This document shows positions 10,072 to 20,854 of a DNA stretch of 64,000 nucleotides, in pieces (within the stretch, counting starts at the first letter, position 1; each line of letters begins with the position of its first letter). The translations under genes and the position numbers were made by a program. The notes beneath the pieces were generated by a model. The model ran no database searches and was not told where the DNA came from. It saw only the letters and a program-made list of their open reading frames with translations. The stretch comes from a virus. The stretch lies in the IMG/VR virus record IMGVR_UViG_3300044675_005482, positions 32,001 through 96,000 of that record; one strand, given 5' to 3'.

Positions 10072-11960
10072 TGATATCAGCATCCACAGAAGCCAAGACG
10101 GTACTTGAGCAAAGTACAACACTAAATACAAAAATTGGCTGTACTCTAGAATACAACATGAACAGTCTAGTAGACAACATTGTTGTTTCTGGACTAGACA
10201 TAACAGCTTCAGACGGAAGCAAACCATTTAAAAAACTTTTCCCAGTAGACTCTATTATTAAAGCATACAGACCAATTGGTGCTGGTATTAAATATGCAAT
10301 ATCTGGTGACGTAGCTCTTAACAGCTATAGAAATCCAAAATCAATATCCTATCCTATTGCTTATAGAACGTATTATCCAGGTGCAGATACAAAATACAAA
10401 TACTATATAACAGGTAAATCAACTGCGCTTAATGTTATTATTAATTATCCAAAAACAATATTGGCTAATAAAATAGTTGCTAGATTTGAGATATCACATT
10501 CAACGCCATCAACATGGACAATGTCTATAAATGAAGCACAAATAGCAACTGGCACGTCAGCAGACATAAAGGCCTTTGCATCTGGAGTATATGATTCTGG
10601 AACATTAACTTTACATTACAACGGAACATCTTGGTCAACAACAGAGCCTTCAGTTCCAGCCGCACCAGTTAGCTTAACTAGCGTTAGGTTACAGGCTCCA
10701 GGAGTTTCAAATAAATATATTGGTTTAATTGAACTTTCTCCTAGATGGGTTGTAGATGTATCAGACAGAATATCAAACTTTTCAATTTCTAAAGAGTCTT
10801 CTAGCGGGGCAGACGACATATTCCCAGTAGGTAAAGTAACTGCTAACTCAATATCAATGGGATTAATATCGTATGAAGATCAGAGAAAGGTTCAAACATT
10901 TGACAAAACCGATACGTTTGACGCATCAAAAATTTATTTGTATAAGCAAATTGAAGTAAAGCCTTTTGTTAAAATATACCACAGCGCAGGAACACTTACA
11001 GATTCAGATGGCCAATACGAAAAAATTAAACAGGGTCTATTTTACTTAGACACATGGTCAACAAGTGAGTTTGGGGAAATAGATCTTAGTGCATTAGACT
11101 CAGCTAAAATTTTACAGGAAACTCTTTGCCCATCATTATTATGTGAAGGGTACTCTGTTCCTGGAATTATAAGAAGGCTTTTAGATTCAGTTGGTTTTAC
11201 CAATTACAATATTAATTTACTTTCTACAGAATCATCTCCTCTAACACCAAGATTTTGGTGGTCTGATGACAATAAGACGATGTGGCAAGCAATTCAAGAA
11301 ATTTGTAGAGACGCTCAAATAACAGCTGTTTTTGATGAAAACAATATTTTGCAATTTTACACAAGGGACTATATCTTTAATTCCGCAAGACCAGTTGATT
11401 GGTCATTTAGATATAGTTCAAGTGGATTAAATCTACCTAACATAATGTCTTTAAGCAAAACAGAATTACCGTCAGCAAATCAAATTAAAGTTTTGTGGAA
11501 TAGTGTTACAACAAACGAATACTCAGGCTCAGCACAACCACTATGGCAATCTTCTAAGGGATGGATGAGTGCACTTTCGCTAGATCAAAACTTACTTACT
11601 TCTGACACACAGGGATCTTATATTAAGCTAAGCGCTATAACCGTTAATGAATATGAAGCTGGAAAAGTTATTGAAGAGTATAGCGGGTATCTAGTAATTG
11701 ATTCTGAAATTATAGAATATGACGGTGTAGAATATGAGTATACAACAGAAACTGGACAAAAATTTCAAGTTGTAGTTCAAAGTGATTCTGATGTTTTAAA
11801 GTTTTTAGGACTAGGCGCAGTCGGTTCAGACAAGTATGTAAGAACTGGAAGAGTTAGAATTAAAACAAGAGGTGCATTTGGAACAACTGTTGAAAATCAT
11901 TATGCAGCAGCACAAAATATAATTGATTCTTGGGAAGGATACGAAGTTAAATGGGTGTAA
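10071..11960 (+). CDS. Minor tail/baseplate hub protein
   Basis: 629 aa; hub-like segment (IIRRLLDSVG...WQAIQEIC...FDENNILQF). Confidence 0.65.
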   Translation: MISASTEAKTVLEQSTTLNTKIGCTLEYNMNSLVDNIVVSGLDITASDGSKPFKKLFPVDSIIKAYRPIGAGIKYAISGDVALNSYRNPKSISYPIAYRTYYPGADTKYKYYITGKSTALNVIINYPKTILANKIVARFEISHSTPSTWTMSINEAQIATGTSADIKAFASGVYDSGTLTLHYNGTSWSTTEPSVPAAPVSLTSVRLQAPGVSNKYIGLIELSPRWVVDVSDRISNFSISKESSSGADDIFPVGKVTANSISMGLISYEDQRKVQTFDKTDTFDASKIYLYKQIEVKPFVKIYHSAGTLTDSDGQYEKIKQGLFYLDTWSTSEFGEIDLSALDSAKILQETLCPSLLCEGYSVPGIIRRLLDSVGFTNYNINLLSTESSPLTPRFWWSDDNKTMWQAIQEICRDAQITAVFDENNILQFYTRDYIFNSARPVDWSFRYSSSGLNLPNIMSLSKTELPSANQIKVLWNSVTTNEYSGSAQPLWQSSKGWMSALSLDQNLLTSDTQGSYIKLSAITVNEYEAGKVIEEYSGYLVIDSEIIEYDGVEYEYTTETGQKFQVVVQSDSDVLKFLGLGAVGSDKYVRTGRVRIKTRGAFGTTVENHYAAAQNIIDSWEGYEVKWV

Positions 11961-13750
11961 ACACAACTACTCTTGAAGGAATTATGGCTGCATCTTGGGG
12001 CAGATTTTATGATGTTGATAGAACGCCAACCGCACCAACACCAGCACAACTTGCAATTCCATGGATATCTGCAGTTCCAACCTCACCAACAGAAGCTACA
12101 ATTATTATTATGACTCCTTCAGTAACACCAGGGAGTTATCGTGGAGACATTACTCGTGGAAGTTCTTTTAGCGGACCAGACAGAACCTTCAATGATGCTG
12201 ATGGAATATTTACAGTTACTGGATTAACTCCAGGAGAAACATACAGAATAAGAGCTGCTTGCCATGCATCAAATCCAGCAATATACGGTGCATATGCATA
12301 TGAAAGTTTTACTATGCCAAAACCTGCAACAGTTGCAAGCGTTGGAACAACAATTGCTGGAGTAAATATTCCGAATAACACACCAGCGCCTACTGTATCA
12401 CCAACAGACACTGGAGCGCAAAACAACACAGTAGAAGTGCCAGACGGTAATCCAACTGTCCCTGCCCCTACTGGAAGCTATAATGCTGTTGTTGGAAATA
12501 GACAAGTCACCAGATCTTTGTTTAAAGTTACTAATAACTCAAAGGTTAAAGACATATATTCAATTGCAATGAAGGATTTAAATATAAGTAAGACATCCAC
12601 GCACTACGCATTTGGAGCAGGATTATTTTTTCAAAGCAGCGTAACTAATACAGAGGCCGAAGGAGGATTCGGTATATTTGTAGACAATAGCGGAATGAAT
12701 GGATATTTCTTAATGATGCAAACAACTACAAATACATCAGTGCATGGTGAAAAAGAAGTAAAAATACTAAAGGTTGTAAATGGGTCAAAGACAGTTTTAG
12801 CAGACAGCCAAAGTTCTGCAACTAAAAGTGTTAACGGAGTTGTTGGGGCAAAAAATTATAAGGTAGACATTAAGGTAAAAGTAACTCCAACCACTGTAGT
12901 TTTAGATGTATATATTAATAACTTTAAAATATCAGCAGTAGACAGCAATGCATCTGGAACAACAGATCCAAAGAAGCTAGTTCTTCCAGTTACATCTAAA
13001 ATTGCAATGCTTTCATCAGTAGGAACAGCAAGCTTTGATTATGTATACGCAATCCCAATTGATGAAAATCAGTATAATACTGGAGTTATGCAAAATGTAT
13101 ATAACGGACAGTTTGCATCAACATCCCTTAACTTTCTTTACGGAGAAAAAGTTTTAAGCAATTTTAACAAAACAGAATTGCCTGGAGGAAAACTAGAGGA
13201 GTTTGGAACAGTAGCAAGAGAACTTAGAAAAGTTTCTGTAAAGTACCCAGAAAGACCTGGATATCCTCTTTATCCAACTTTAGGAATTAATAAATATGTA
13301 CAGGTGCTTGGCAGCAGGCTCTCCTCATTTGGAGCTGAAATTTATTTAATAAATAATGCTGGAACCTATGTGCCTGTAGATGATGGACAAACTTATTCAT
13401 TTAGCGTTCTAGGAAACTATGTTGTAACAACTGGACAGCATGAATACACAGATTCATCAATAAATGAATTTAGTACACCAGAGCCAGCAATATTTGAGTC
13501 ATTGTGGATTCAAAATGAGAGTGATGCAAAAAAGCTTTCAGAGTGGATAAAGACACAATGGTCAAAGCAGCAGCTTGTTATTAATATGCAGGTTGCTTCT
13601 AATCCTTTAATTAGCGTCGGAGACGTTATATCAATTAATTACCCAGACAATAATTTAGACGGGACAAAGAAGTTTATTGTAACAAACGTAAGCAACGCAT
13701 TTGATCAAGGCTTAGAAACATCTATAACGGCTAGATCTATATATACATAG
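11951..13750 (+). CDS. Minor tail protein with FN3-like and lectin-like regions
   Basis: VTGLTPGETYRIRA FN3 signature, Pro/Thr-rich linker, C-terminal NPLISVGDVISI hub-like end; start may be 11984. Confidence 0.65.
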   Translation: MGVNTTTLEGIMAASWGRFYDVDRTPTAPTPAQLAIPWISAVPTSPTEATIIIMTPSVTPGSYRGDITRGSSFSGPDRTFNDADGIFTVTGLTPGETYRIRAACHASNPAIYGAYAYESFTMPKPATVASVGTTIAGVNIPNNTPAPTVSPTDTGAQNNTVEVPDGNPTVPAPTGSYNAVVGNRQVTRSLFKVTNNSKVKDIYSIAMKDLNISKTSTHYAFGAGLFFQSSVTNTEAEGGFGIFVDNSGMNGYFLMMQTTTNTSVHGEKEVKILKVVNGSKTVLADSQSSATKSVNGVVGAKNYKVDIKVKVTPTTVVLDVYINNFKISAVDSNASGTTDPKKLVLPVTSKIAMLSSVGTASFDYVYAIPIDENQYNTGVMQNVYNGQFASTSLNFLYGEKVLSNFNKTELPGGKLEEFGTVARELRKVSVKYPERPGYPLYPTLGINKYVQVLGSRLSSFGAEIYLINNAGTYVPVDDGQTYSFSVLGNYVVTTGQHEYTDSSINEFSTPEPAIFESLWIQNESDAKKLSEWIKTQWSKQQLVINMQVASNPLISVGDVISINYPDNNLDGTKKFIVTNVSNAFDQGLETSITARSIYT

Positions 13751-13754
13751 GAAA

Positions 13755-13763
13755 TGGTATAAT
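13755..13763 (+). promoter_or_regulatory. Extended -10 promoter, leaderless transcript
   Basis: TGGTATAAT, then 6 nt, then ATG 13770; no RBS. Confidence 0.6.
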
Positions 13764-13769
13764 GATAAA

Positions 13770-14168
13770 ATGGTAAGTAAAAGAATATCGACCACTGGTG
13801 TTGGCACTACAGCACCAATAACCCTTTATTCCAATTCCCCAGAAAATACTGACCTAGCCCCAAATTTTAAAGTCATTATTCCTGGCAATGTAATTGGCCC
13901 AATGTTCTCATCTTCAGCGGACCTAGAAGCTACGGAGCTTGAGGGTGAAGTACAGGTTGAGGTAGAGACAGAAGGGGATGAAACTGTTGTTGAAGGCGGA
14001 AACTCTGTATCAACATTTGCTGTACCAAACTCTAGCGATATAAGTATTCTGTCAAATTCAGTTGTATATGATGCTAGTGGCCAGCCAAGCGTTACTGCAG
14101 TATTTAAGATTAAAAATTCTAGTGGAAAAACACTAAAAGGAATAAATGTGAGGGTACAATCATTATGA
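13770..14168 (+). CDS. Hypothetical virion protein
   Basis: 132-aa ORF within the tail module. Confidence 0.5.
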   Translation: MVSKRISTTGVGTTAPITLYSNSPENTDLAPNFKVIIPGNVIGPMFSSSADLEATELEGEVQVEVETEGDETVVEGGNSVSTFAVPNSSDISILSNSVVYDASGQPSVTAVFKIKNSSGKTLKGINVRVQSL

Positions 14169-15076
14169 TAACTAAATTTGGAAAAAGATTCTTAACTAGC
14201 TATATTGCTGGCAACGTCGGCTTTGCTCAAAAGGATATCGCTTTGGGTATTGGAACAACAGAGCCTAATGGCAAGGGTAAAGATACAAGACTAGATTTTG
14301 AATTTTATAGATTGCCAGCAACACTAGGAAGCATTGATATTTCACAAACTGGCGTTGATCCAGAAAATGAGCCAATCTTTTCATATACAGCAATTTATAA
14401 AGCTACAATTCCACAAGATATTGCTGGAGTAATATCAGAAGTTGGTTTGTATCCAGGAGCAAGAACCTCAAATAATAACTTCGATAGTAAGTTTCTAACA
14501 GATTTTGAAAATAATTTATTGTGGTCAGATGGATCTAACAATCCTGTATTAAGACCAAATGAAGTTTCTCCAGAATTTACAGCGAGAATTGGCGAGAACA
14601 TGGTTCAATATAATGTGGTTGCTAGCTCTACAAAAGAATATACAAACGCATTAGTCCTATATGATATATCTGGATACAGCGTAAATGATACACTTTCAAT
14701 TGCATATAAAAAGAATGATAACAACTTGTCTAAGATAAGAGTCAAACTTTACAGTTCAGATACTGCTTACTGCTGGGTTGATTTTACTCCATTGACTGGA
14801 ACTGGTGACAGAATTCAATCAACAACATTAAACAATCTTTTTTCAAACGTTACTGCAACGGCTCCAGACTTAACAGCAATTACTAAGATAGGTGTTGAAG
14901 TTACAGCTGGATCTGGCGGCAACACAGAGGTTCACTTTGACGGAATCAGAATCAATGACGAGGATACCTTTGACCCTTCATATGGAATGATTAGCAGATC
15001 TTTGTTATCGACACCTTTAGTAAAGCCATCTGGTAGACCAGTAGATATAGAATACAAACTGGTATTAGGATTCTAA
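14165..15076 (+). CDS. Minor tail/baseplate protein
   Basis: MITKFGKRFL...IALGIG...ISEVGLY pattern typical of tail-fibre attachment domains. Confidence 0.6.
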   Translation: MITKFGKRFLTSYIAGNVGFAQKDIALGIGTTEPNGKGKDTRLDFEFYRLPATLGSIDISQTGVDPENEPIFSYTAIYKATIPQDIAGVISEVGLYPGARTSNNNFDSKFLTDFENNLLWSDGSNNPVLRPNEVSPEFTARIGENMVQYNVVASSTKEYTNALVLYDISGYSVNDTLSIAYKKNDNNLSKIRVKLYSSDTAYCWVDFTPLTGTGDRIQSTTLNNLFSNVTATAPDLTAITKIGVEVTAGSGGNTEVHFDGIRINDEDTFDPSYGMISRSLLSTPLVKPSGRPVDIEYKLVLGF

Positions 15077-17011
15077 ATGACAGATACTTTAAACGCTGGA
15101 GGCAAGATTGTACCTAAAGATCTTGCTGTTGCTACGCAACCAGATGTAGATAAAAATTTTTTTACAGCATCCGTAAAGGGTTTAAAGCTTTCTAAAACTT
15201 ATGCAATTCAGTTTCAATGGGTAGAGTCAGATGGCAAGTTAAGCGATTGGTCTACCTCTTATGTTTTTACAACATCAAATGAATCTGCTCCTGCAGTTCC
15301 ATCATCAACAGTTCCTTCAACTGGAAGCGGTGGAATTCCAGTTACTCTTTCTACTTTCCCAACAAACGCCAAGAGAGTAGACGTTTATGTAATAGGTGGA
15401 ATATTTGGCATAGGTAAAGTTGCTTATTCATTTTCAACAGCTGGAACAAATATTATTTCTGCGCCAGGCGGAACTTATGTTGTTGAACTAAGATCAGTAT
15501 CCCCAACTGGAGTCACAAGTACAGTTGGAGAAAGCTTTACAATTACTGTTGCAGATATTGGTGGCGAAGTAATTGCAGCACCAACTAACCCTAATGGATT
15601 TACTGCTTCAAGAATCCTTGCTGGCGTACAGCTAAGCTGGGCTGGAACATATGCTAACGGAACATTTACGGGATTTGAAGCAATTAAAGTTTTTGCTGGA
15701 ACCTCAACAAGTGCAACACCTGGAACATATATTGAGGTTGGAGTTTTAACTGGCAACAATGTAAAAAATACAATTACAATTCCAGTAGATGGAACATATG
15801 TTAAATATGGTCAAGCAACTTATCTTCATGCAGCCGCAGTAAATAAAAATGGAACTGTTGGAACAATACAGGCAAACGTTGCTTCAGTTGCACTTGGGCC
15901 AGGAAAAGCAACAGATGCAGACATTAATGATGGCGCAGTTGTTATTTCTAAATTGGCATCAGATGTTCTTACAGTTGGAAACTTAAAAGCTGGAGACATT
16001 AATGCTACATCTTATATTCGTGCTGGGTCAAAGGCAGTTGATGGAACTGGAGCAAGAGTAGAAATTTCTAGCTCAACAATATCACAAAGCGGATCAAATG
16101 TTTTACCTGGATTTTATATTTATGGATCAACAGGCACTCCAGTACTTTCTGCGCCACTTGGCGGAGGATTATCTATTACAGGTTCTGGAACATTTACTGG
16201 AAATATTAGCGGAGCAAGCGGAGAATTTACAGGAGACCTTGGAGCAAGTGGCGGTAACTTTACAGTAAGAAGCGGAATCATGACAGCGCTTGCTGGCTCA
16301 ATTGGCGGATGGGTAATTAATAGCCAAGCATTAAAAAATTCAGCAGTAACGTTCCCAAACATTATGCTTGACCCAAGCAACGCTAAAATTGAATTAAGAC
16401 AAACGGCATCTAATTCAAGCGATACTGGAAATTCTATAAAAATGGACACATCTTCTGGATTAAGAATTGGAACTAGCGGATCTCCTAAATTTACAGTAGA
16501 TATGGCTGGCAACATGGTTGCACAAGATGCAACGCTATATGGAAAAATTATTACAACTGGAACAAGCCCAGTCGGGGCTTCTGGTACATTAACCATAGAT
16601 TCTGGATTTATTGATCATACAAGCTATTTGTATATTAGATCAGGGTCATTTGCTGCAATAAGCGCAAATGGTTTATTTCAAGCAAGTGCCGCTGACGGTA
16701 CAGACGCATCTAACCTATATCTTTATCCAAACGAAGTAATTATTGGAACTGGTGGCGCTACTGGAGATGTACAATTAAGAATGGGAGCGGTTGGAACCCC
16801 ATCTGGATTTACTGGGTGGTATGCAAACGGAATAGATATAAATCTTGAGCCAACAGGTAACAATGGTACTATTGGCAGAACAGTTACATTATTTGCTGGT
16901 CAGCTTAGGGCTGGCAGAGCTTTGCATACAGGTGCGGCAACTTCATCTGCTGGAATTGAAGCAGTAGTGTTTGGTTCAAATGTTGGCGACCTTTACTTTA
17001 GTACGGCGTGA
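15077..17011 (+). CDS. Tail fibre/host-specificity protein
   Basis: N-terminal FN3-like domains, VVISKLASDVLTVGNLKAGDI fibre repeat, Gly/Ser/Thr-rich beta C-terminus. Confidence 0.7.
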   Translation: MTDTLNAGGKIVPKDLAVATQPDVDKNFFTASVKGLKLSKTYAIQFQWVESDGKLSDWSTSYVFTTSNESAPAVPSSTVPSTGSGGIPVTLSTFPTNAKRVDVYVIGGIFGIGKVAYSFSTAGTNIISAPGGTYVVELRSVSPTGVTSTVGESFTITVADIGGEVIAAPTNPNGFTASRILAGVQLSWAGTYANGTFTGFEAIKVFAGTSTSATPGTYIEVGVLTGNNVKNTITIPVDGTYVKYGQATYLHAAAVNKNGTVGTIQANVASVALGPGKATDADINDGAVVISKLASDVLTVGNLKAGDINATSYIRAGSKAVDGTGARVEISSSTISQSGSNVLPGFYIYGSTGTPVLSAPLGGGLSITGSGTFTGNISGASGEFTGDLGASGGNFTVRSGIMTALAGSIGGWVINSQALKNSAVTFPNIMLDPSNAKIELRQTASNSSDTGNSIKMDTSSGLRIGTSGSPKFTVDMAGNMVAQDATLYGKIITTGTSPVGASGTLTIDSGFIDHTSYLYIRSGSFAAISANGLFQASAADGTDASNLYLYPNEVIIGTGGATGDVQLRMGAVGTPSGFTGWYANGIDINLEPTGNNGTIGRTVTLFAGQLRAGRALHTGAATSSAGIEAVVFGSNVGDLYFSTA

Positions 17012-17016
17012 TATAA

Positions 17017-20000
17017 ATGGCTACCTGGCAAAAAAAATCTACAGGATGGGTTGAAATACTTTCTATATTTAGAAAGACAAGCACTAGTGCATGGACAGAG
17101 ATACAAAACGTTTGGAGAAAAACTTCTACTGGCTGGGTAAAGGTTTTTACAAGAACTAATCTGCCTGGAATAACAACATTCCCTAGAGTACGAGATGTCA
17201 ATGGAAATAACATTGATAACAACATATACATTGCAAACGTAGGCGATACTCTGTACGGGTATAGAGGAGTTTGGTCCAATACTCCAACCTCATATGAAGA
17301 TAGATGGGCTTGGAGTTCATTTGCAGGAGGACCGTATTCTTTATTTAGTCCTTCACAAATAAATACTACATTACCTACAACTGTTTCCTGGGATGATAGA
17401 TATATTGTATATCAGGTAAGAGCTACTAATGCTTCTGGTACTTCGGAATGGGTTTCAAGTGCTAACGAAGCACATTTAATTAAATATCCTCCTTTTATAT
17501 CCAGCGCAACAATAACAAAAAATGGCGTAGATGTTGGCGGAACAGCAAAGCTAAAGCCAGGAGACGCTTTAGTTGGAGCATGGGTTGAAGATACAGCAAC
17601 AGATACAATTTCTAGTAGCTATGCTTATGAATGGACTTACTCTAATGGAACAGCAGCTGCAAATGATAATGGAACAAAATTTTATACAATATCAGCTGCC
17701 GATGTTGGAAAGTCTTTAATTTTTAAAGTTACAGGAACTAATACTGGTGGTACAGATTTTGCTTCAAGCACACCAACTGCAGTAATAGAAGAAGCTTTAG
17801 CCGTATACAGCTTCAGCTTTGGAAACACATTATATGTTGGTACAAATGGATACATCGGTGTTGATTCTGGATCTTCAAGCACTGGAGTTCCAGCAACAGG
17901 AAGAAATTTAAATATTATGGGCGGTAAAGATTGGCAGATGAGCACAATCTATTACTGGTCAAATGCAGATACATATGCAGTTAGATATGACGGTTATGAA
18001 TATCAAAAGGGTGGACAAGAAGCTTTTAGAGTAACATACCAAGCTAAATTTTATACCAATCAAAACTACGTAGACTATAAAATTATTAGATGGGGATCAA
18101 GCTTAACAATGTCTCCGACTGCTTTTGGTATGTACGCAAATGGCTCATTAGTTGCTAACACATATTCGGGACCATTTGTTTATAGTCCTGGAGTTACAAT
18201 GCGTGTTTATTATGATGGAAGTATTCCAACAGCTTATGTTGGATTTACAGAGATTCCAGCAGCAGTACCAAATGATGCAATGCTAAATGCTGGTGCAGTA
18301 TCATCTGGATCTGCAGATGATGGTTATTTAACTTTATCTACTGCAGCAAATCAATATAATCCACCAACATTAACATCTGTAAGTGCATCTTCCACTGGTA
18401 CTTCTATTTCTGCAACATTTACAACTGGAGCTGATTATAACGGACATAATTATGTAATTAGGACTGGATCACACTTTGGAACTCTTATAAATAGTGGAAG
18501 CTCATTTAGCGGTGCTTTTGCGTATGATAACCTTTCTGGAGGAACTACATATTATGTTACGCTTACACCATTTAACTCTCAATCACAAACTGGCTCATCA
18601 TCTCAATTTAGTGTAACAACCTCAAGTAATCCTGGAGCATTTAGCGTTAACAGCGGAAGTAAATTTAAGCCACCAACGTCATTTGGAACTAGAACAGTTA
18701 CTGTTGGATGGTCAACATCACTAAATGGCCCCAATTATGAAGTTCAATTAGAAGGTAGTAGTGATGGATCTACGTGGGCAATATGTACTGGAAGATGGCC
18801 AGGAAACACAGTAGATACAACATTAAGTTTAGCTGGATCTCCTTACTTTACAACAACTTCAATAACAATAACAAATGTTCAATATTTTAAATTTTACCGT
18901 GCTACTGCAAGAGCAAGAAATTCAAGTTTTGATTCTGCTTCTGCAGCATACTCAAATGGCGGAACTTCTACAAGCCTTCAATACTATCAGTTAGCTGGAG
19001 AAAATCCAGGAACTCCAGGAATTGGAACAATAACTTTAGGTAAAACTTCTGCATCAATACCATGGACATTTCCAACAAATACTGGATCCAACTTTATTGA
19101 TTGGGTACAGTTTTCGTTAGATAACTCTACATTTAATAATGATTTTACTACACCATATGCATTTACTGGTTTAACAGCAGGAACAGCATATACGTTATAT
19201 TATAGATCATTAAACTATGATGGGCTTTTTTCTTCTACTCTAACAAGCTCATTCACAACACTTGCACTTCAACCACCAAATACTCCAGCCGCACCAACTG
19301 CTGGAACAACCAACAATACAAGTATTGCATGGAGCTGGTCTGCTCCAACAGTAGACTCAACACACTTAGCAGCTACTGGATATGAATATGCTCATACACA
19401 GTCTGCATCAACACCAACAAGTGGTTGGACGGCAACAACGGCTACATCTGTTACCATAACAGGGCTTTCTCAAAATACAACATATCATATGCATATTAGA
19501 GCAACAAACGCTGACGGAACTAGCGGATCAAGTAGTGCTTCTAAGACAACCACAAATGTAGTTGCAACAAGCTATACTGTTACTTATAGTGGAAATGGAA
19601 ATACTGGAGGTACTGCTCCAACTGCACATTCAACTACAAGCTCATTAACAATTAAGGCCCTGCCTTCACCAGCCTTTACAAGAACAAACTGTACGCTTGG
19701 ATCGGGATGGAATACGGCTGCAAATGGAAGCGGAACAAATATTGCAGCTGGAGACACATATACACCTACAGCAAATATTACTCTGTATGCAAAATGGACT
19801 GCAAATTCTGTATCAGCAGCAGCTCCAGCAAACTTTACATTCGTTGGAAATATTAACAACAACACTCAAAAGCAGTGGAGCTGGAGTGCTCAAACATCTG
19901 TTACAGGTGGAACGGCAAATGGCTACAGGTGGCAGCTAACAACAACAAACCCAAACGTTGCTGGATGGAACGGGGTATTTACAGAAGGTACTCAAACGGC

Positions 20001-20121
20001 AACATCCCGTACTATTTCTGTTGCAAATGCTTCTTCAAACCCTAGATGGATGAGAGTATGTGTAAATATAACAGACGGCCTTGGGGCTGCAAAAAATGGA
20101 TCATTTACTCTATGGAAATAG
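17017..20121 (+). CDS. Large Ser/Thr-rich adhesin-like tail protein (Ig/FN3 repeats, InlB B-repeat-like domain)
   Basis: Several FN3 signatures (LSGGTTYYVTL, LTAGTAYTLYY, LSQNTTYHMHI); YTVTYSGNG...GWNTAANGSG...ITLYAKW B-repeat. Confidence 0.7.
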   Translation: MATWQKKSTGWVEILSIFRKTSTSAWTEIQNVWRKTSTGWVKVFTRTNLPGITTFPRVRDVNGNNIDNNIYIANVGDTLYGYRGVWSNTPTSYEDRWAWSSFAGGPYSLFSPSQINTTLPTTVSWDDRYIVYQVRATNASGTSEWVSSANEAHLIKYPPFISSATITKNGVDVGGTAKLKPGDALVGAWVEDTATDTISSSYAYEWTYSNGTAAANDNGTKFYTISAADVGKSLIFKVTGTNTGGTDFASSTPTAVIEEALAVYSFSFGNTLYVGTNGYIGVDSGSSSTGVPATGRNLNIMGGKDWQMSTIYYWSNADTYAVRYDGYEYQKGGQEAFRVTYQAKFYTNQNYVDYKIIRWGSSLTMSPTAFGMYANGSLVANTYSGPFVYSPGVTMRVYYDGSIPTAYVGFTEIPAAVPNDAMLNAGAVSSGSADDGYLTLSTAANQYNPPTLTSVSASSTGTSISATFTTGADYNGHNYVIRTGSHFGTLINSGSSFSGAFAYDNLSGGTTYYVTLTPFNSQSQTGSSSQFSVTTSSNPGAFSVNSGSKFKPPTSFGTRTVTVGWSTSLNGPNYEVQLEGSSDGSTWAICTGRWPGNTVDTTLSLAGSPYFTTTSITITNVQYFKFYRATARARNSSFDSASAAYSNGGTSTSLQYYQLAGENPGTPGIGTITLGKTSASIPWTFPTNTGSNFIDWVQFSLDNSTFNNDFTTPYAFTGLTAGTAYTLYYRSLNYDGLFSSTLTSSFTTLALQPPNTPAAPTAGTTNNTSIAWSWSAPTVDSTHLAATGYEYAHTQSASTPTSGWTATTATSVTITGLSQNTTYHMHIRATNADGTSGSSSASKTTTNVVATSYTVTYSGNGNTGGTAPTAHSTTSSLTIKALPSPAFTRTNCTLGSGWNTAANGSGTNIAAGDTYTPTANITLYAKWTANSVSAAAPANFTFVGNINNNTQKQWSWSAQTSVTGGTANGYRWQLTTTNPNVAGWNGVFTEGTQTATSRTISVANASSNPRWMRVCVNITDGLGAAKNGSFTLWK

Positions 20122-20138
20122 TATAATCATATGAGATA

Positions 20139-20147
20139 TGTTATAAT
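20139..20147 (+). promoter_or_regulatory. Extended -10 promoter, leaderless transcript
   Basis: TGTTATAAT-N6-ATG(20154). Confidence 0.6.
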
Positions 20148-20153
20148 TACAAT

Positions 20154-20375
20154 ATGAGAGACTTTACGCATATATCTAATGAAGATAAAATAAGCATTAT
20201 AAACGGAAGAATTAGAAATTTAGAATGGAATCTTTATAATTTAGAGGCTGGACTAGTAGAAGAAAATGCTAGAGAAAATATAATATCTGAAAATGTTACT
20301 AATATAACTAATGAAATATTAGAGACTAAAAGATGTATAGAGGCTTTAGAGGTAGAGCTAAATAGCTTAATCTAG
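20154..20375 (+). CDS. Small coiled-coil protein (paralogue of 20423)
   Basis: EDKISIIN...YNLE...ENA shared with the next ORF. Confidence 0.6.
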   Translation: MRDFTHISNEDKISIINGRIRNLEWNLYNLEAGLVEENARENIISENVTNITNEILETKRCIEALEVELNSLI

Positions 20376-20378
20376 GTA

Positions 20379-20407
20379 TTGCCTAAAATTTACTAAAATG
20401 CTATAAT
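20379..20407 (+). promoter_or_regulatory. SigA-type promoter (TTGCCT-N17-TATAAT, TGn)
   Basis: Consensus-like elements; RBS AGGAGG follows. Confidence 0.65.
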
Positions 20408-20422
20408 AAAGAAGGAGGAAAG

Positions 20423-20650
20423 ATGACAACATTAACAAAAGAAGAAAAGATTAATATAATCAATTCTCATAAAAGAAGTCTTTTGTATTCTCAATATAAT
20501 CTAGAAGTAGATCTTATACAAGAAAATGCAAAGACCACAGTAGATCCAGAAAATTTGGCTGTAATTAATAACCAGATTGCTGAATCTCAAAAGCAGATAG
20601 ATGCTCTAACTGCTGAGGCAACTAGACTTACAAACTTAACAGAAGCATAG
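20423..20650 (+). CDS. Small coiled-coil protein (paralogue of 20154)
   Basis: EEKINIIN...YNLE...ENA; strong RBS. Confidence 0.65.
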   Translation: MTTLTKEEKINIINSHKRSLLYSQYNLEVDLIQENAKTTVDPENLAVINNQIAESQKQIDALTAEATRLTNLTEA

Positions 20651-20656
20651 GATACA

Positions 20657-20854
20657 ATGACAAACAGCAATCCAGAAAAATTTGAATTAGTCATAACTGC
20701 CTTGCAGCAAAGAATAGGTGAACTTGTCTCAAACTATGAGACTCAAATTGCTATTCTTCGTGCAGACCTTACTCAATTAGTAAAAGAAAAGGAATCAAAA
20801 GATGGGGCTATTCAAGAGTACTCAGACTCCCTTAATAATCTCACAGCCAACTAA
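20657..20854 (+). CDS. Small coiled-coil hypothetical protein
   Basis: 65-aa heptad-rich ORF in operon context. Confidence 0.55.
   Translation: MTNSNPEKFELVITALQQRIGELVSNYETQIAILRADLTQLVKEKESKDGAIQEYSDSLNNLTAN

Noticed and set aside
11941-11960. Possible frameshift fusing 10071..11960 with 11951..13750
   Set aside because: The -1 frame has a TAA at 11948-11950 and no slippery heptamer lies in the short overlap
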